A DNA stretch of 64,000 nucleotides, taken from Pyrinomonadaceae bacterium. GTDB taxonomy: Bacteria; Acidobacteriota; Blastocatellia; Pyrinomonadales; Pyrinomonadaceae. The notes beneath the pieces were generated by a model. That model was not told the origin of the DNA. It was given only the letters and a program-made list of their open reading frames with translations, and did no database searches. The stretch lies in the NCBI GenBank assembly GCA_965217575.1, contig OZ244558.1, positions 1,915,507 to 1,979,506 on the forward strand, read 5' to 3'. A program made the translations under genes and the position numbers. Shown here in pieces: positions 1 to 8,568 of this stretch. Position 1 is the stretch's first letter. Each line of letters begins with the position of its first letter.

Positions 1-81
1 CTCGGCGAAAACGTAACACCTTTCGAGGCTGTTAATCTGATTGAGAAATGGTTGAAAACACAGGGTTTATGGAGATTTTAA
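1..81 (+). CDS. 3' end of an unidentified upstream gene (partial, 26 codons + TAA)
   Basis: Open frame from window edge reading LGENVTPFEAVNLIEKWLKTQGLWRF* ending 2 nt before the next start; too short to identify. Confidence 0.3.
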   Translation, partial: LGENVTPFEAVNLIEKWLKTQGLWRF

Positions 82-82
82 A

Positions 83-520
83 ATGAACGGTTTAGAAGAA
101 TTAAAATCACTTTTGACACAGAGTAATATGTTGAATTTTGCTGATCTCGACGTTGAAACGGCTGAAGAAATGCTCGACAGCCGCGATAGTCAGGAATTTG
201 AAACGGATTGGCTGAGAATTTTTCAAATCTTAGAGCAGAAGCGATTTTCGGCGAACGAACTGCTTGAAATCGAAAAAATCCGCGAAATTGCCTACAAAAA
301 AACTTTTGCCGCAACCGGCATCAGTGACCTGGCGGCTTACGCGGCTGACGACTTCGAGTTATTTGCCAAATCACTGCTTGCCGATTTTAGCGATGAATGG
401 CTCAACGCTTTATTTTTAATCTATTTGCACGGAATGTTTCCGCATTCCAAAATCGCGCCGAAGCGCAGCGGAATCGAATTAATTTTGGAAACGGCTTCGC
501 TGCAAAAAATAGCCGCGTAA
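83..520 (+). CDS. hypothetical protein (145 aa)
   Basis: ORF tightly packed between upstream gene (2-nt gap) and cysS (8-nt gap); codon usage like neighbours; no recognisable domain. Confidence 0.5.
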   Translation: MNGLEELKSLLTQSNMLNFADLDVETAEEMLDSRDSQEFETDWLRIFQILEQKRFSANELLEIEKIREIAYKKTFAATGISDLAAYAADDFELFAKSLLADFSDEWLNALFLIYLHGMFPHSKIAPKRSGIELILETASLQKIAA

Positions 521-527
521 AATTTTT

Positions 528-1928
528 ATGCTTAAATTTCATAACACATTATCAAACAAACTCGAAGAGTTTCAGCCGCTGCAAAACAACGACGTGCGGT
601 TCTACATTTGCGGTCCGACGGTTTGGAGTTACGCGCACATCGGTAATTTTCGCACGTTTATTTTCAGCGATATTCTGCGGCGTTACCTGAAATATAAAAA
701 TTACAATCTGACGCACGTTATGAATTTGACGGACGTTGACGACCGGATTATCAACGAGGCGAAAAAAGCCGGGAAGACGATTAACGAATTTACCGCGCCG
801 TTTGTCGCGGCGTTTTGGGAAGATTTTGACGCGCTCGGACTCGAACGCCCGGAGATTGCGCCGCGCGCGACCGATCACATCACGGAAATGATTGCGATTA
901 TCGAAAAACTGCTCGAAAACGGTCACGCTTACGAATCCGACGGCTCAATTTATTACCGCATTTCGGCTTTTCCCGATTACGGCAAACTGTCGAAAATCAA
1001 CTTCAAAGGCAATATTTCCGGCGCGTCCGGGCGCGTTGACACCGATAAATACGACAAGGAAAGCGCGAACGATTTCGCGCTCTGGAAATTGGTCGAGGCG
1101 GACGAACCGACCGGCTGGGACGCAAGTTTCGGGCGCGGTCGTCCGGGCTGGCACATTGAATGTTCGGCGATGGCGATGAAATATCTCGGCGAAACTTTCG
1201 ACATTCACGCCGGCGGAATTGATCTGAAATTTCCGCATCACGAAAACGAAATCGCGCAAAGCGAAGGCGCGACGCACGAACTTTTCGCCAAAACCTGGCT
1301 GCATTCGGAACATTTGATGGTCGAAGGCAAAACGATGTCAAAATCGCTCGGAAATTACTACACTTTCCGCGATCTGCTGGCGAAAAACTACAAACCCGAA
1401 GCGATTCGCTATTTGCTGATGAGCGTGCCGTATCACAAACAGTTGAATTTTACGTTTGAAACTCTGGACGGCGCGGGACACACGATTGAACGGCTGCGCG
1501 ATTTTCGCAAACGCCTTTCAGAAGCGCATCTCAAAGACGGGATCAATCCCGATTTGCAGGAAACGGCGAAAAATCACCTCGCCGATTTTGAAGCCGCGAT
1601 GGACGATAACCTGAACACTTCACAGGCTTTAGCCGCGCTGCACAATCTCGTCCGCGAAGTCAACACGGCATTCACACACGAAGTCGTCTGCACCGAAGAT
1701 CGTTCGCTGATTCTGCATATCATTGACAAATTCGATTCGGTTTTAAATATTTTTGGCGAAGTTAAAGAAGAAATACTCGACGCGGAAATCGAAAATTTAA
1801 TCGAAGAAAGACAGGAAGCGCGGCACAATCGAAACTTCGCGCGTTCGGATGAAATCCGCGATTTGCTGGCGGAAAAGAATGTAATTTTAGAGGATACGAA
1901 AGACGGCGTAAGATGGAAAAGGAAGTAA
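528..1928 (+). CDS. cysS: cysteinyl-tRNA synthetase
   Basis: Class I aaRS motifs HIGN (AHIGNFRT) and KMSKS (KTMSKSLGN), zinc-binding Cys in CGPTVW context, typical CysRS length 466 aa. Confidence 0.92.
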   Translation: MLKFHNTLSNKLEEFQPLQNNDVRFYICGPTVWSYAHIGNFRTFIFSDILRRYLKYKNYNLTHVMNLTDVDDRIINEAKKAGKTINEFTAPFVAAFWEDFDALGLERPEIAPRATDHITEMIAIIEKLLENGHAYESDGSIYYRISAFPDYGKLSKINFKGNISGASGRVDTDKYDKESANDFALWKLVEADEPTGWDASFGRGRPGWHIECSAMAMKYLGETFDIHAGGIDLKFPHHENEIAQSEGATHELFAKTWLHSEHLMVEGKTMSKSLGNYYTFRDLLAKNYKPEAIRYLLMSVPYHKQLNFTFETLDGAGHTIERLRDFRKRLSEAHLKDGINPDLQETAKNHLADFEAAMDDNLNTSQALAALHNLVREVNTAFTHEVVCTEDRSLILHIIDKFDSVLNIFGEVKEEILDAEIENLIEERQEARHNRNFARSDEIRDLLAEKNVILEDTKDGVRWKRK

Positions 1929-1931
1929 TTT

Positions 1932-2165
1932 ATGAACAATCAAACGACAATTCAAAAATCGGAAATCGGCGGGATCATCGAAATTCCCGATTAATTCGCC
2001 GAAAAGGTCGGTATCGAAAAAAGTTCAATCGGACTTTTGGAATACAAAGATGGCAAAATTGCAGTTGAAATTTTGCCGCTGTCGCCTGAATTGGAGAAAT
2101 CAATTGACCGACTTGCCGAAAAATATAAAGACCGCTTTGCAGAAATGAAAAAAATTGGTGATTAA
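1932..2165 (+). pseudogene. AbrB/MazE-fold (swapped-hairpin) antitoxin-like gene interrupted by in-frame TAA at codon 21
   Basis: Translation MNNQTTIQKSEIGGIIEIPD*FAEKVGIEKSSIGLLEYKDGKIAVEILP... matches AbrB/SpoVT-type antitoxin pattern (TIQK-G-S--I-IP--FAEK-GI-KG--V-LE--DGKI-VEILP). TAA at 1992-1994 is in frame. No cognate toxin ORF follows. Confidence 0.45.
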
Positions 2166-2180
2166 CGCTAAGGGCATTTG

Positions 2181-2247
2181 AATGCGGAAGCCCGCACGGA
2201 GTAAGGGCGCGGTTAATACGCCATTACTCCGTGCGGGCTTCCGCATT
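2181..2247. terminator. perfect 24-bp inverted repeat hairpin (bidirectional terminator candidate) between convergent genes
   Basis: aatgcggaagcccgcacggagtaa ... ttactccgtgcgggcttccgcatt with 19-nt loop, located between + strand antitoxin remnant and - strand rhodanese gene. Confidence 0.5.
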
Positions 2248-2256
2248 GAAAATCTA

Positions 2257-2619
2257 TTATTTTTCAATCGGCGCATCGGCTTCTTTCCAAGCCGTCCAAC
2301 CGCCTTTCATCGAAAGCACATTTTTGTAACCCATTTTGCCCAAATTGTCCGCCGCCAGTGCGGAACGATAACCGCCGCCGCAGTATAGAATCAATTCTGC
2401 GGTTTTGTCGGGAAATTTGTGAACAATATCGCGTTCGATCACGCCGCGTCCGATGTGCGTTGCAGATTTAGCGTGTTCCGCTGCAAATTCATTATCTTCG
2501 CGCACGTCAATCAGCGTCGCGCCGTTTTTTATTTTCTCCGAAGTTTCCTCAACCGAAACTTCTTTGACATTCGGCATAATCGCCTCGACTAATTGTTCAA
2601 ACTCTTTTGAATGTTCCAT
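2257..2619 (-). CDS. rhodanese-domain sulfurtransferase (single domain, 120 aa)
   Basis: Rhodanese fold signature with active-site loop CGGGYRS (Cys in CxGGxR context), single-domain length. Confidence 0.8.
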   Translation of the reverse strand: MEHSKEFEQLVEAIMPNVKEVSVEETSEKIKNGATLIDVREDNEFAAEHAKSATHIGRGVIERDIVHKFPDKTAELILYCGGGYRSALAADNLGKMGYKNVLSMKGGWTAWKEADAPIEK

Positions 2620-2731
2620 AGTATTCCAGTTTAATGCAAGTTTTTGCTCTTAACTAGCTTCAAACGCCTTTAGTTCATATAATACTTCTTTCAGTAATTT
2701 CAAATTAATTTAATAAACGAGGATAAAAACA

Positions 2732-4141
2732 TTGGCAGAACAATTTGACGTAGTGATTATCGGTTCGGGTCCCGGCGGTTATGTGGCGGCGGTGCGCGGG
2801 GCGCAGATGGGTTTGAAAATGGCGTTGGTTGAAAAAGAACCGGACGCGCGGCTCGGCGGAACGTGCGGTCTGCGCGGCTGTATTCCGACGAAAGCTCTTT
2901 TGCAGTCGGCGCATCTTTACGAAAAAGCCGGACATTTCGAGCAGTTCGGCTTGAAAGTCGAAGGTTTGAGTTACGATTTTGAGAAAGTTCAGAAATACAA
3001 ATCGGATGTCGTGGCGAAAAACTCGGCGGGCGTTTCGTATCTGATGAAAAAGAACAAAGTGCAGGTTTTTAACGGCTTCGGCAAAATCACCGGCGTAGGC
3101 AAAATCGAAGTTTCGTATGAAGACGGCAAAAAGGAAACCGTTGACGCGAAAAACATCATTATCGCCACCGGTTCGGTGGTGCGTCCGATTCCCGGTTTTG
3201 AATGCGACGGCAAACAGATCGTCAATTCCGATCAGATTCTGGAATTAAACAAAGTTCCGAAATCAATGATCGTTTTAGGTTCGGGCGCGGTCGGCGTGGA
3301 ATTCGCTTCGGTTTATTCGCGCTTCGGCTGCGACACGACGGTCGTCGAATTAATGGACAAAATCGTCCCGCTCGAAGACGCGGAAGTTTCCAAAGAACTC
3401 GAACGCTCATTCAAAAAACGCGGCATCAAATGTCTGACCGGAACGAAAATGGACAAGCTGGAAAAGACGAAAAAGTCGGTCAAAGTTTCCGGCAAAGATA
3501 ACAAAGGCAAAGACTTAACGCTCGAAGCCGAAATGCTTTTAGTCGCCATCGGTCGAATGCCGTATCTCGAAAATCTCGGACTTGAAAACACCAAAGTCGT
3601 CGTCAATCCGCGCGGCACGATCAAAGTCAACGAATTCTGCGAAACCGACGAGCCGAACGTCTTCGCCATCGGTGATGTCATTGACACCGCGTGGCTCGCG
3701 CATCTCGCCAGCAAAGAAGGCATTTTAGTCGTCGAACGCATCGCGGGCAAAAAAGTCGAACCGATCAATCATCGCCTCGTCCCGAACTGCACTTACTGCG
3801 ACCCGGAAGTCGCATCTGTCGGCTTGACCGAAGCCAAAGCGAAGGAAGAAGGCTACGATGTCAAAGTCGGCAAATTTCCTTTTTCAGCTTCGGGAAAAGC
3901 GCGAATTTTAGGCGAAACCGACGGTTTTATAAAAATCGTCGCCGATAAAAAATACGACGAAGTTTTAGGCGTTCACTTAATCGGACCGCACGCGACCGAA
4001 CTCTTAGCCGAAGCCTGCGTCGCAATGTCGCACGAAGCGACCTCCGAATCAATCGCCAACACGATTCACGCGCACCCGACCGTTTCCGAATCAATGATGG
4101 AAGCCGCCGAAGGCGTTCACGATTTGACGATTCATATGTAG
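2732..4141 (+). CDS. lpdA: dihydrolipoyl dehydrogenase (E3 component)
   Basis: FAD-binding GSGPGGY, redox disulfide GGTCGLRGCIPTK, C-terminal HAHPTVSE dimer-interface His-Pro motif; TTG start. Confidence 0.9.
   Translation: MAEQFDVVIIGSGPGGYVAAVRGAQMGLKMALVEKEPDARLGGTCGLRGCIPTKALLQSAHLYEKAGHFEQFGLKVEGLSYDFEKVQKYKSDVVAKNSAGVSYLMKKNKVQVFNGFGKITGVGKIEVSYEDGKKETVDAKNIIIATGSVVRPIPGFECDGKQIVNSDQILELNKVPKSMIVLGSGAVGVEFASVYSRFGCDTTVVELMDKIVPLEDAEVSKELERSFKKRGIKCLTGTKMDKLEKTKKSVKVSGKDNKGKDLTLEAEMLLVAIGRMPYLENLGLENTKVVVNPRGTIKVNEFCETDEPNVFAIGDVIDTAWLAHLASKEGILVVERIAGKKVEPINHRLVPNCTYCDPEVASVGLTEAKAKEEGYDVKVGKFPFSASGKARILGETDGFIKIVADKKYDEVLGVHLIGPHATELLAEACVAMSHEATSESIANTIHAHPTVSESMMEAAEGVHDLTIHM
4101..4137 (+). 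repeat. left copy of 37-bp direct repeat (native 3' end of lpdA)
   Basis: aagccgccgaaggcgttcacgatttgacgattcatat repeated with 1 mismatch at 4546-4582. Confidence 0.7.
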
Positions 4142-4161
4142 TTTTACAGACATTTTTGATT

Positions 4162-4200
4162 AACGGTTGGTTGAATAAAGATTCAGCCGACCGTTTTATT
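4162..4200 (+). terminator. rho-independent terminator-like hairpin after lpdA
   Basis: aacggttgg...ccgaccgtt stem followed by ttttatttt. Confidence 0.5.
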
Positions 4201-4221
4201 TTGTGCTAAACTGCTTGCACT

Positions 4222-4361
4222 ATGAATGTAACAACGGTTGGTTCAGCCAAGCAAAATTTGGAAAATTTGATACGGCAAGTTGAGAGCGATGCCGAACCTG
4301 TTTTGATTGGGAAAATTATCTTTGGTTTCAGGAAGCGCAGCCGCATCTGCTTAAACGTCTG
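4222..4361 (+). pseudogene. YefM/Phd-family antitoxin N-terminal fragment (truncated/fused)
   Basis: MNVTTVGSAKQNLENLIRQVESDAEPVLIGK resembles YefM N-terminus (M-T-S-ARQNL...V......P-LI); rest of antitoxin absent, frame runs into toxin remnant. Confidence 0.5.
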
Positions 4362-4542
4362 AATGAATTTGATAAAAGATGCCCGGCGTAACGGCTTTCA
4401 GGGCATCGGCAAACCCGAACCGCCCAAAGGCGATTTATCCGGCTGCCAGTCAAGACGCATTAACCAAGAACATCGCCTTGTTTACCGGCTCGAAGAAAAC
4501 GCGCTGCTCATTATTTCTTGTCGCTACCATTACAAAAAATAA
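4311..4542 (+). pseudogene. YoeB/Txe-family toxin (mRNA interferase) remnant, N-truncated and frameshifted
   Basis: ENYLWFQEAQPHLLKRLNEFDKRCPA then, in +1 frame, GFQGIGKPEPPKGDLSGCQSRRINQEHRLVYRLEENALLIISCRYHYKK; compare YoeB DDYLYWQETDKRIVKKINELIKD...[40 protein letters not shown]. Confidence 0.6.
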
Positions 4543-4545
4543 TAA

Positions 4546-4582
4546 AAGCCGCTGAAGGCGTTCACGATTTGACGATTCATAT
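4546..4582 (+). repeat. right copy of 37-bp direct repeat (duplicate of lpdA 3' end)
   Basis: aagccgctgaaggcgttcacgatttgacgattcatat; 36/37 identical to 4101-4137. Confidence 0.7.
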
Positions 4583-4802
4583 TGTAAAGCTCGGTAATTT
4601 AATGCTCTGAGCGGTCAGAATTTATCTTTGATTATTTTTATTTCGTTTGCTCTCAAAATTAGGCACGCCTTTTGCATTTAACTGCTACAATTCCGGTGCA
4701 GTATACGGAAATCATACACAGCGTTATTACTTGCAAAATTAGTTATTCAAACTAATTTAAGAATCAATCCAAAAAATCTACAAACAGACAGGAGCAAATA
4801 CA

Positions 4803-5696
4803 ATGAATCAATCAACAGAAAAAAGACCTTTAATTACCGGGATGTTTAACGACCGCGAAAGCGCGGAGAGAGCTTATCAATCGGTTGCCAACCGTGGTTA
4901 CAGCAACGAAGATACGAATGTTATTATGTCGGACGACACGCGCAAAACCTACTTTCCGGCGGGCAGCGAACATACGTCGGCACTGGCTGACAAAACGATG
5001 GAAGATGTGGGAACAGGCGCGGCGATTGGCGGAACTTTGGGCGCGATTATCGCGGGCATCGCGGCAATCGGCACGAGCGTTTTGCTGCCGGGAATCGGGC
5101 TGGTTGTCGCCGGACCGCTGGCGGCGGCTTTAGCGGGCGCGGGTGCGGGCGGTTTGACCGGCGGTTTGATCGGCGCGTTGGTCGGACACGGCGTTCCTGA
5201 CGAATATGCGACCGAATACGAACAGGGCATCAAAAACGGCGGCGTGTTTATGGGCGTTCATCCGCGCAGCGAAGAAGACGCGGCTTATTTCCATAACGAA
5301 TTTAATACACATGGCAGCAGCGTTCACGCGGTTGGAACGGGAACGGGCGCGGTCGGCGGCGCGTTAGCGGGCGCGGCAATCGGTTCGGTCGTTCCAGTCG
5401 TCGGCACGGCAATCGGCGGTGTCGTCGGCGGAATCGTCGGCGGCGCGGCTGGACACAATGTTGCGGAATCAGTTAATCCTGAGCCGGGCGATATTCGTGA
5501 CGGCGATCACACGGTCGGAACGGGAACGGGCGCGGTCGGCGGCGCGATTACCGGCGCGGCAATCGGTTCGGTCGTTCCGGTCGTCGGCACGGCAATCGGC
5601 GGCGTAGTCGGCGCGGTCGGCGGTGCGGTCGCCGGTCACGAAGTTGCGGAAAACGTGAATCCCGAAGATGACAAACTGATTGAAAATCAACGCTAA
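4803..5696 (+). CDS. general-stress-protein-like (YflT-type N-domain) glycine-zipper membrane protein with internal tandem duplication
   Basis: N-terminus RPLITGMFNDRESAERAYQSVANRGYSNEDTNV resembles YflT/general stress protein domain; long GxxxG glycine-zipper stretches; two near-identical ~56-aa units (H[AT]VGTGTGAVGGA..GAAIGSVVPVVGTAIGGVVG...AENVNPE); good RBS caggag. Confidence 0.6.
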   Translation: MNQSTEKRPLITGMFNDRESAERAYQSVANRGYSNEDTNVIMSDDTRKTYFPAGSEHTSALADKTMEDVGTGAAIGGTLGAIIAGIAAIGTSVLLPGIGLVVAGPLAAALAGAGAGGLTGGLIGALVGHGVPDEYATEYEQGIKNGGVFMGVHPRSEEDAAYFHNEFNTHGSSVHAVGTGTGAVGGALAGAAIGSVVPVVGTAIGGVVGGIVGGAAGHNVAESVNPEPGDIRDGDHTVGTGTGAVGGAITGAAIGSVVPVVGTAIGGVVGAVGGAVAGHEVAENVNPEDDKLIENQR

Positions 5697-5724
5697 GAAG
5701 ATCAAGCAGTCTAAAGCTGATGAA

Positions 5725-5758
5725 AGGGAAATTCCGAAAGGAGTTTCCCTTTTTGTTG
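5725..5758 (+). terminator. rho-independent terminator after general stress gene
   Basis: agggaaattccgaaaggagtttccct followed by ttttt. Confidence 0.5.
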
Positions 5759-5866
5759 TGTTGAGTGAGGGAAATCAAAATTATTTCCCTCGCTTTAAAA
5801 TAATTTTTGGTTTGTTTGATGATCCGTCATATTGATTCTATTTTCAATTCTTTTATCCGGCACGAG

Positions 5867-6401
5867 CTACATCAGTGCAACAAAAACATACAGCGCGTTG
5901 GAAATCCAGTGGTTGATGAAAGCTGAACTGATCGCGGCGAGGTAGAAAAGGGGCAAGATTTTGCCTTTGAGGTCGCTGCCGACGGCTTTTTTTAGTTTGG
6001 AGTTTGCGCCCTGCGCCGCGATTATCAGATTTTGCGGAATGTAATAAGCGATGGCGGCGGCGAGCAGAATTACGCCGTAAATTGCTGTCGGCAGCGGCGC
6101 GAAATGATTTTCACCCGTCCAGCCGGTGACGAACGGAATCAGCGACAGCCAAAACAAAAGAGGCAGATTCGCCCAGAGAATTTTGCCGTTGACTTTTTCG
6201 GTCGCCTGAAGCAGATGATGATGATTGTTCCGGTAAATTCCGATGTAAATAAAACTCAGAACGTAAGATAAAAACACGGGGAAAAATCGGGCGCAGGTCT
6301 TCCAATTCCGTGCCGTGCGGGATTTTCAGATCCAAACCCATAATCGTAATCAAAATTGCGATCACGCCGTCGCTAAAGGCTTCGAGTCGTCCTTTATTCA
6401 T
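5867..6401 (-). pseudogene. DUF1211/TMEM175-family K+ channel-like membrane protein, frameshifted (or homopolymer sequencing error)
   Basis: N-part (6111..6401) carries RLEAFSDGVIAILITIM signature of DUF1211/TMEM175; continuation VFLSYVLSFIYIGIYRNNHHHLL is in another frame (5867..6277); shift lies in a G4/C4 run near 6279-6282. Confidence 0.6.
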
Positions 6402-6603
6402 TGCTTTTACTTCCCAATTTAAAGATATTCAAGCGTTTTTCGATATTGATTCACTTTGAAGAATTATTCAAACAGCGGCTGAATTGAACGGGTGAATTAA
6501 GCGCGAAAATTAAATATTTAAGCGGACATCTCTTTTTAAAAGTCTAAAATCAAACTGTCCATTGCCCTGAAATTTCGGAGTCGCGCGGTTTGGAGCGTCT
6601 AAT

Positions 6604-8415
6604 ATGAAAAACGTATTTTTTCGGAAAATCCATCTCAGTTTGTCGTTGTTTTTAATGTCGCTTTTGGTTATCGAACCGCTGGCGGCGAAACCTTGGAAAA
6701 CCGACACCAGTCGGAAAGGAGTTTTGAATAACGACCAGCGCGTCAGGCAAATTTTGGCGCGGCTGACGTTCGGGGCGCGTCCGGGAGATTTCGAGCGCGT
6801 TAAAAAAATCGGGATGAAAGCGTATATTGAACGGCAGCTTGATCCTGATTCGATTGATGATTCCGCGCTTGAAAAAAGGCTCGAAAAACTGCCGACTTTG
6901 ATGCTTGCCACACCGACGCTCGCCGAACACTATAATCCGCCGAAGCCGAAACCGTCGTCGTCACCGTCGCCCGCGCCTTCGACGGCGAATTCGACCGCGC
7001 TGACCGCGCCGTTGATAAACAGCGAGGCGGCAAAAACGATTCAAACGCCGTCCGAAATGCCGAAACCTGCCGCCGATGCTGCGCCGATGCCAACGCCGAA
7101 GCCAACTCCCGCGCCGAAAAATCCGCAGATGGTCGTCAATGAATTGCAGCGCGCGAAACTGCTGCGCGCCGTTTACAGCGAGAGACAATTGAATGAAGTT
7201 TTGGTTGATTTCTGGGAGAATCATTTCAGCATTTACGCGGGCAAGGACGCTGACCGCTGGCTTTTGACGGCGTTTGACCGCGACGCGATTCGTCCGAACG
7301 CGCTGGGACGTTTCCGCGATCTGCTCGGCGCGACGGCGCATTCGCCGGCGATGCTTTTTTATTTGGATAACTGGCAGTCGAGCGTCGCGCGAAAATACCC
7401 GGCGACGAAAGATAAACCGGCGCGGCAAACCGGCGGTATCAACGAAAATTACGCCCGCGAACTGATGGAACTGCACACGTTGGGAGTAAACGGCGGCTAC
7501 ACGCAAAAAGATGTGCAGGAAGTGGCGCGGTGCCTGACCGGCTGGACGATTCGCAAACCGAATGAAGAAGGCATTTTCTTTTTCAATCCGCAGGCGCACG
7601 ACAACGGCGAAAAAATCGTTCTCGGACAAAAAATCGCGGCGAACGGCGGCATCGCCGACGCGGAAAAAGTTCTCGACATTCTGGCGGCGAATCCGGCGAC
7701 CGCGCGCTTTATTTCAACGAAACTGGCGCGCCGTTTTTTGGGCGACAATCCGCCGGAAGCGGTCGCCAGTCAAGCCGCGCAGGTGTTTTTGAAAACCGAC
7801 GGTTCGATTCGTGAAACCGTGCGAAGCATCATCACGTCGCCCGCGTTTTTGAGTCCGGCGATGTATGAAACAAAGGTCAAATCGCCGTTTGAATTCGCCG
7901 CCGCGTCGCTCCGAATAACCGATGCGGAAACCGACGCGAATCGTCCGGTTTTAGATTGGATTGCCAAAATGGGTCAGCCGATTTTCGGTCATATTACGCC
8001 CGAAGGTTATCCCGAAACGAGCAGCGAATGGCTGTCTGCGGGAAGTCTTCTGACCAGGTTTAATTTTGCGACCGCGCTGGCGCAGAATAAAATCAAAGGC
8101 ACGAAGATTGACACCAAAAAACTGCTGAATGACGCGGATTTCAGCGATCCGGCGGCAATTTCCGCCGATTTAACGCGGCTCGTTTTGCACGGCGAAATCT
8201 CCGCCAATTCAAAAGCTGCATTCGATAAAGTCGCCGGCGGCGCAATCGAGCAGGCGAACGATGAAAAAAATCTCGCCGCCGAACAAAGTTCCAATCTCGC
8301 CGCCAACGCCGACCAAACCACGCCGCTGAAGGCGAATCCGAACGACAAACCGCTCGATTACGTGACTGAACTGCTGACGCTCGCGCTCGGTTCGCCGGAG
8401 TTTCAGCGCAAGTAA
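6604..8415 (+). CDS. DUF1800 domain protein with signal peptide and Pro-rich linker
   Basis: Signal peptide, PPKPKPSSSPSPAPS low-complexity linker, then DUF1800-type region (DRWLLTAFDRDAIRP...FRDLLGATAHSPAMLFYLDNWQS...ELHTLGVNGGYTQKDV). Confidence 0.75.
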   Translation: MKNVFFRKIHLSLSLFLMSLLVIEPLAAKPWKTDTSRKGVLNNDQRVRQILARLTFGARPGDFERVKKIGMKAYIERQLDPDSIDDSALEKRLEKLPTLMLATPTLAEHYNPPKPKPSSSPSPAPSTANSTALTAPLINSEAAKTIQTPSEMPKPAADAAPMPTPKPTPAPKNPQMVVNELQRAKLLRAVYSERQLNEVLVDFWENHFSIYAGKDADRWLLTAFDRDAIRPNALGRFRDLLGATAHSPAMLFYLDNWQSSVARKYPATKDKPARQTGGINENYARELMELHTLGVNGGYTQKDVQEVARCLTGWTIRKPNEEGIFFFNPQAHDNGEKIVLGQKIAANGGIADAEKVLDILAANPATARFISTKLARRFLGDNPPEAVASQAAQVFLKTDGSIRETVRSIITSPAFLSPAMYETKVKSPFEFAAASLRITDAETDANRPVLDWIAKMGQPIFGHITPEGYPETSSEWLSAGSLLTRFNFATALAQNKIKGTKIDTKKLLNDADFSDPAAISADLTRLVLHGEISANSKAAFDKVAGGAIEQANDEKNLAAEQSSNLAANADQTTPLKANPNDKPLDYVTELLTLALGSPEFQRK

Positions 8416-8417
8416 GG

Positions 8418-8460
8418 GAATTGCGGATTGCAGATTCCAAATTCCAAATTTAAGAAAATT
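8418..8460 (+). promoter_or_regulatory. AATTSCGS box + tandem ATTCCAA heptads (copy A), serA promoter region
   Basis: ggaattgcggattgcagattccaaattccaaatttaagaaaattc; related copies at 9811-9850 and 19033-19075. Confidence 0.35.
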
Positions 8461-8568
8461 CTTCGTGATTTGACTGTCGCCGCGCGGCGGATGAAATCAA
8501 CGGAAGCGAAAAATATCGGGCGAGAGCGATTTTCCGTTCTCGTTTTTTTGTTTATAATTGTTTCTTTT

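Noticed and set aside
4949-5233. Pro/Ala-rich 94-aa minus-strand ORF inside the glycine-zipper gene
   Set aside because: Reverse-complement artefact of Gly/Ala codon repeats (GGC/GCC).
6961-7629. 222-aa minus-strand ORF within the DUF1800 gene, and similar long antisense ORFs (16512-17018, 26290-26907, 34126-34581, 48028-48864)
   Set aside because: All lie opposite to homology-supported genes, are Arg-rich and lack start-site context; considered frame shadows.
8416-8460. Short tandem heptad arrays as a possible CRISPR array
   Set aside because: Units are 7 nt with no spacers of constant length and no cas genes; they are promoter-region repeats, not CRISPR.
8428-8568. 47-codon N-terminal extension of serA in the ORF track
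   Set aside because: Not conserved in SerA proteins, contains the ATTCCAA repeat array, and a proper ATG precedes the conserved KIKILLLE start at 8569; treated as promoter/leader, not coding.
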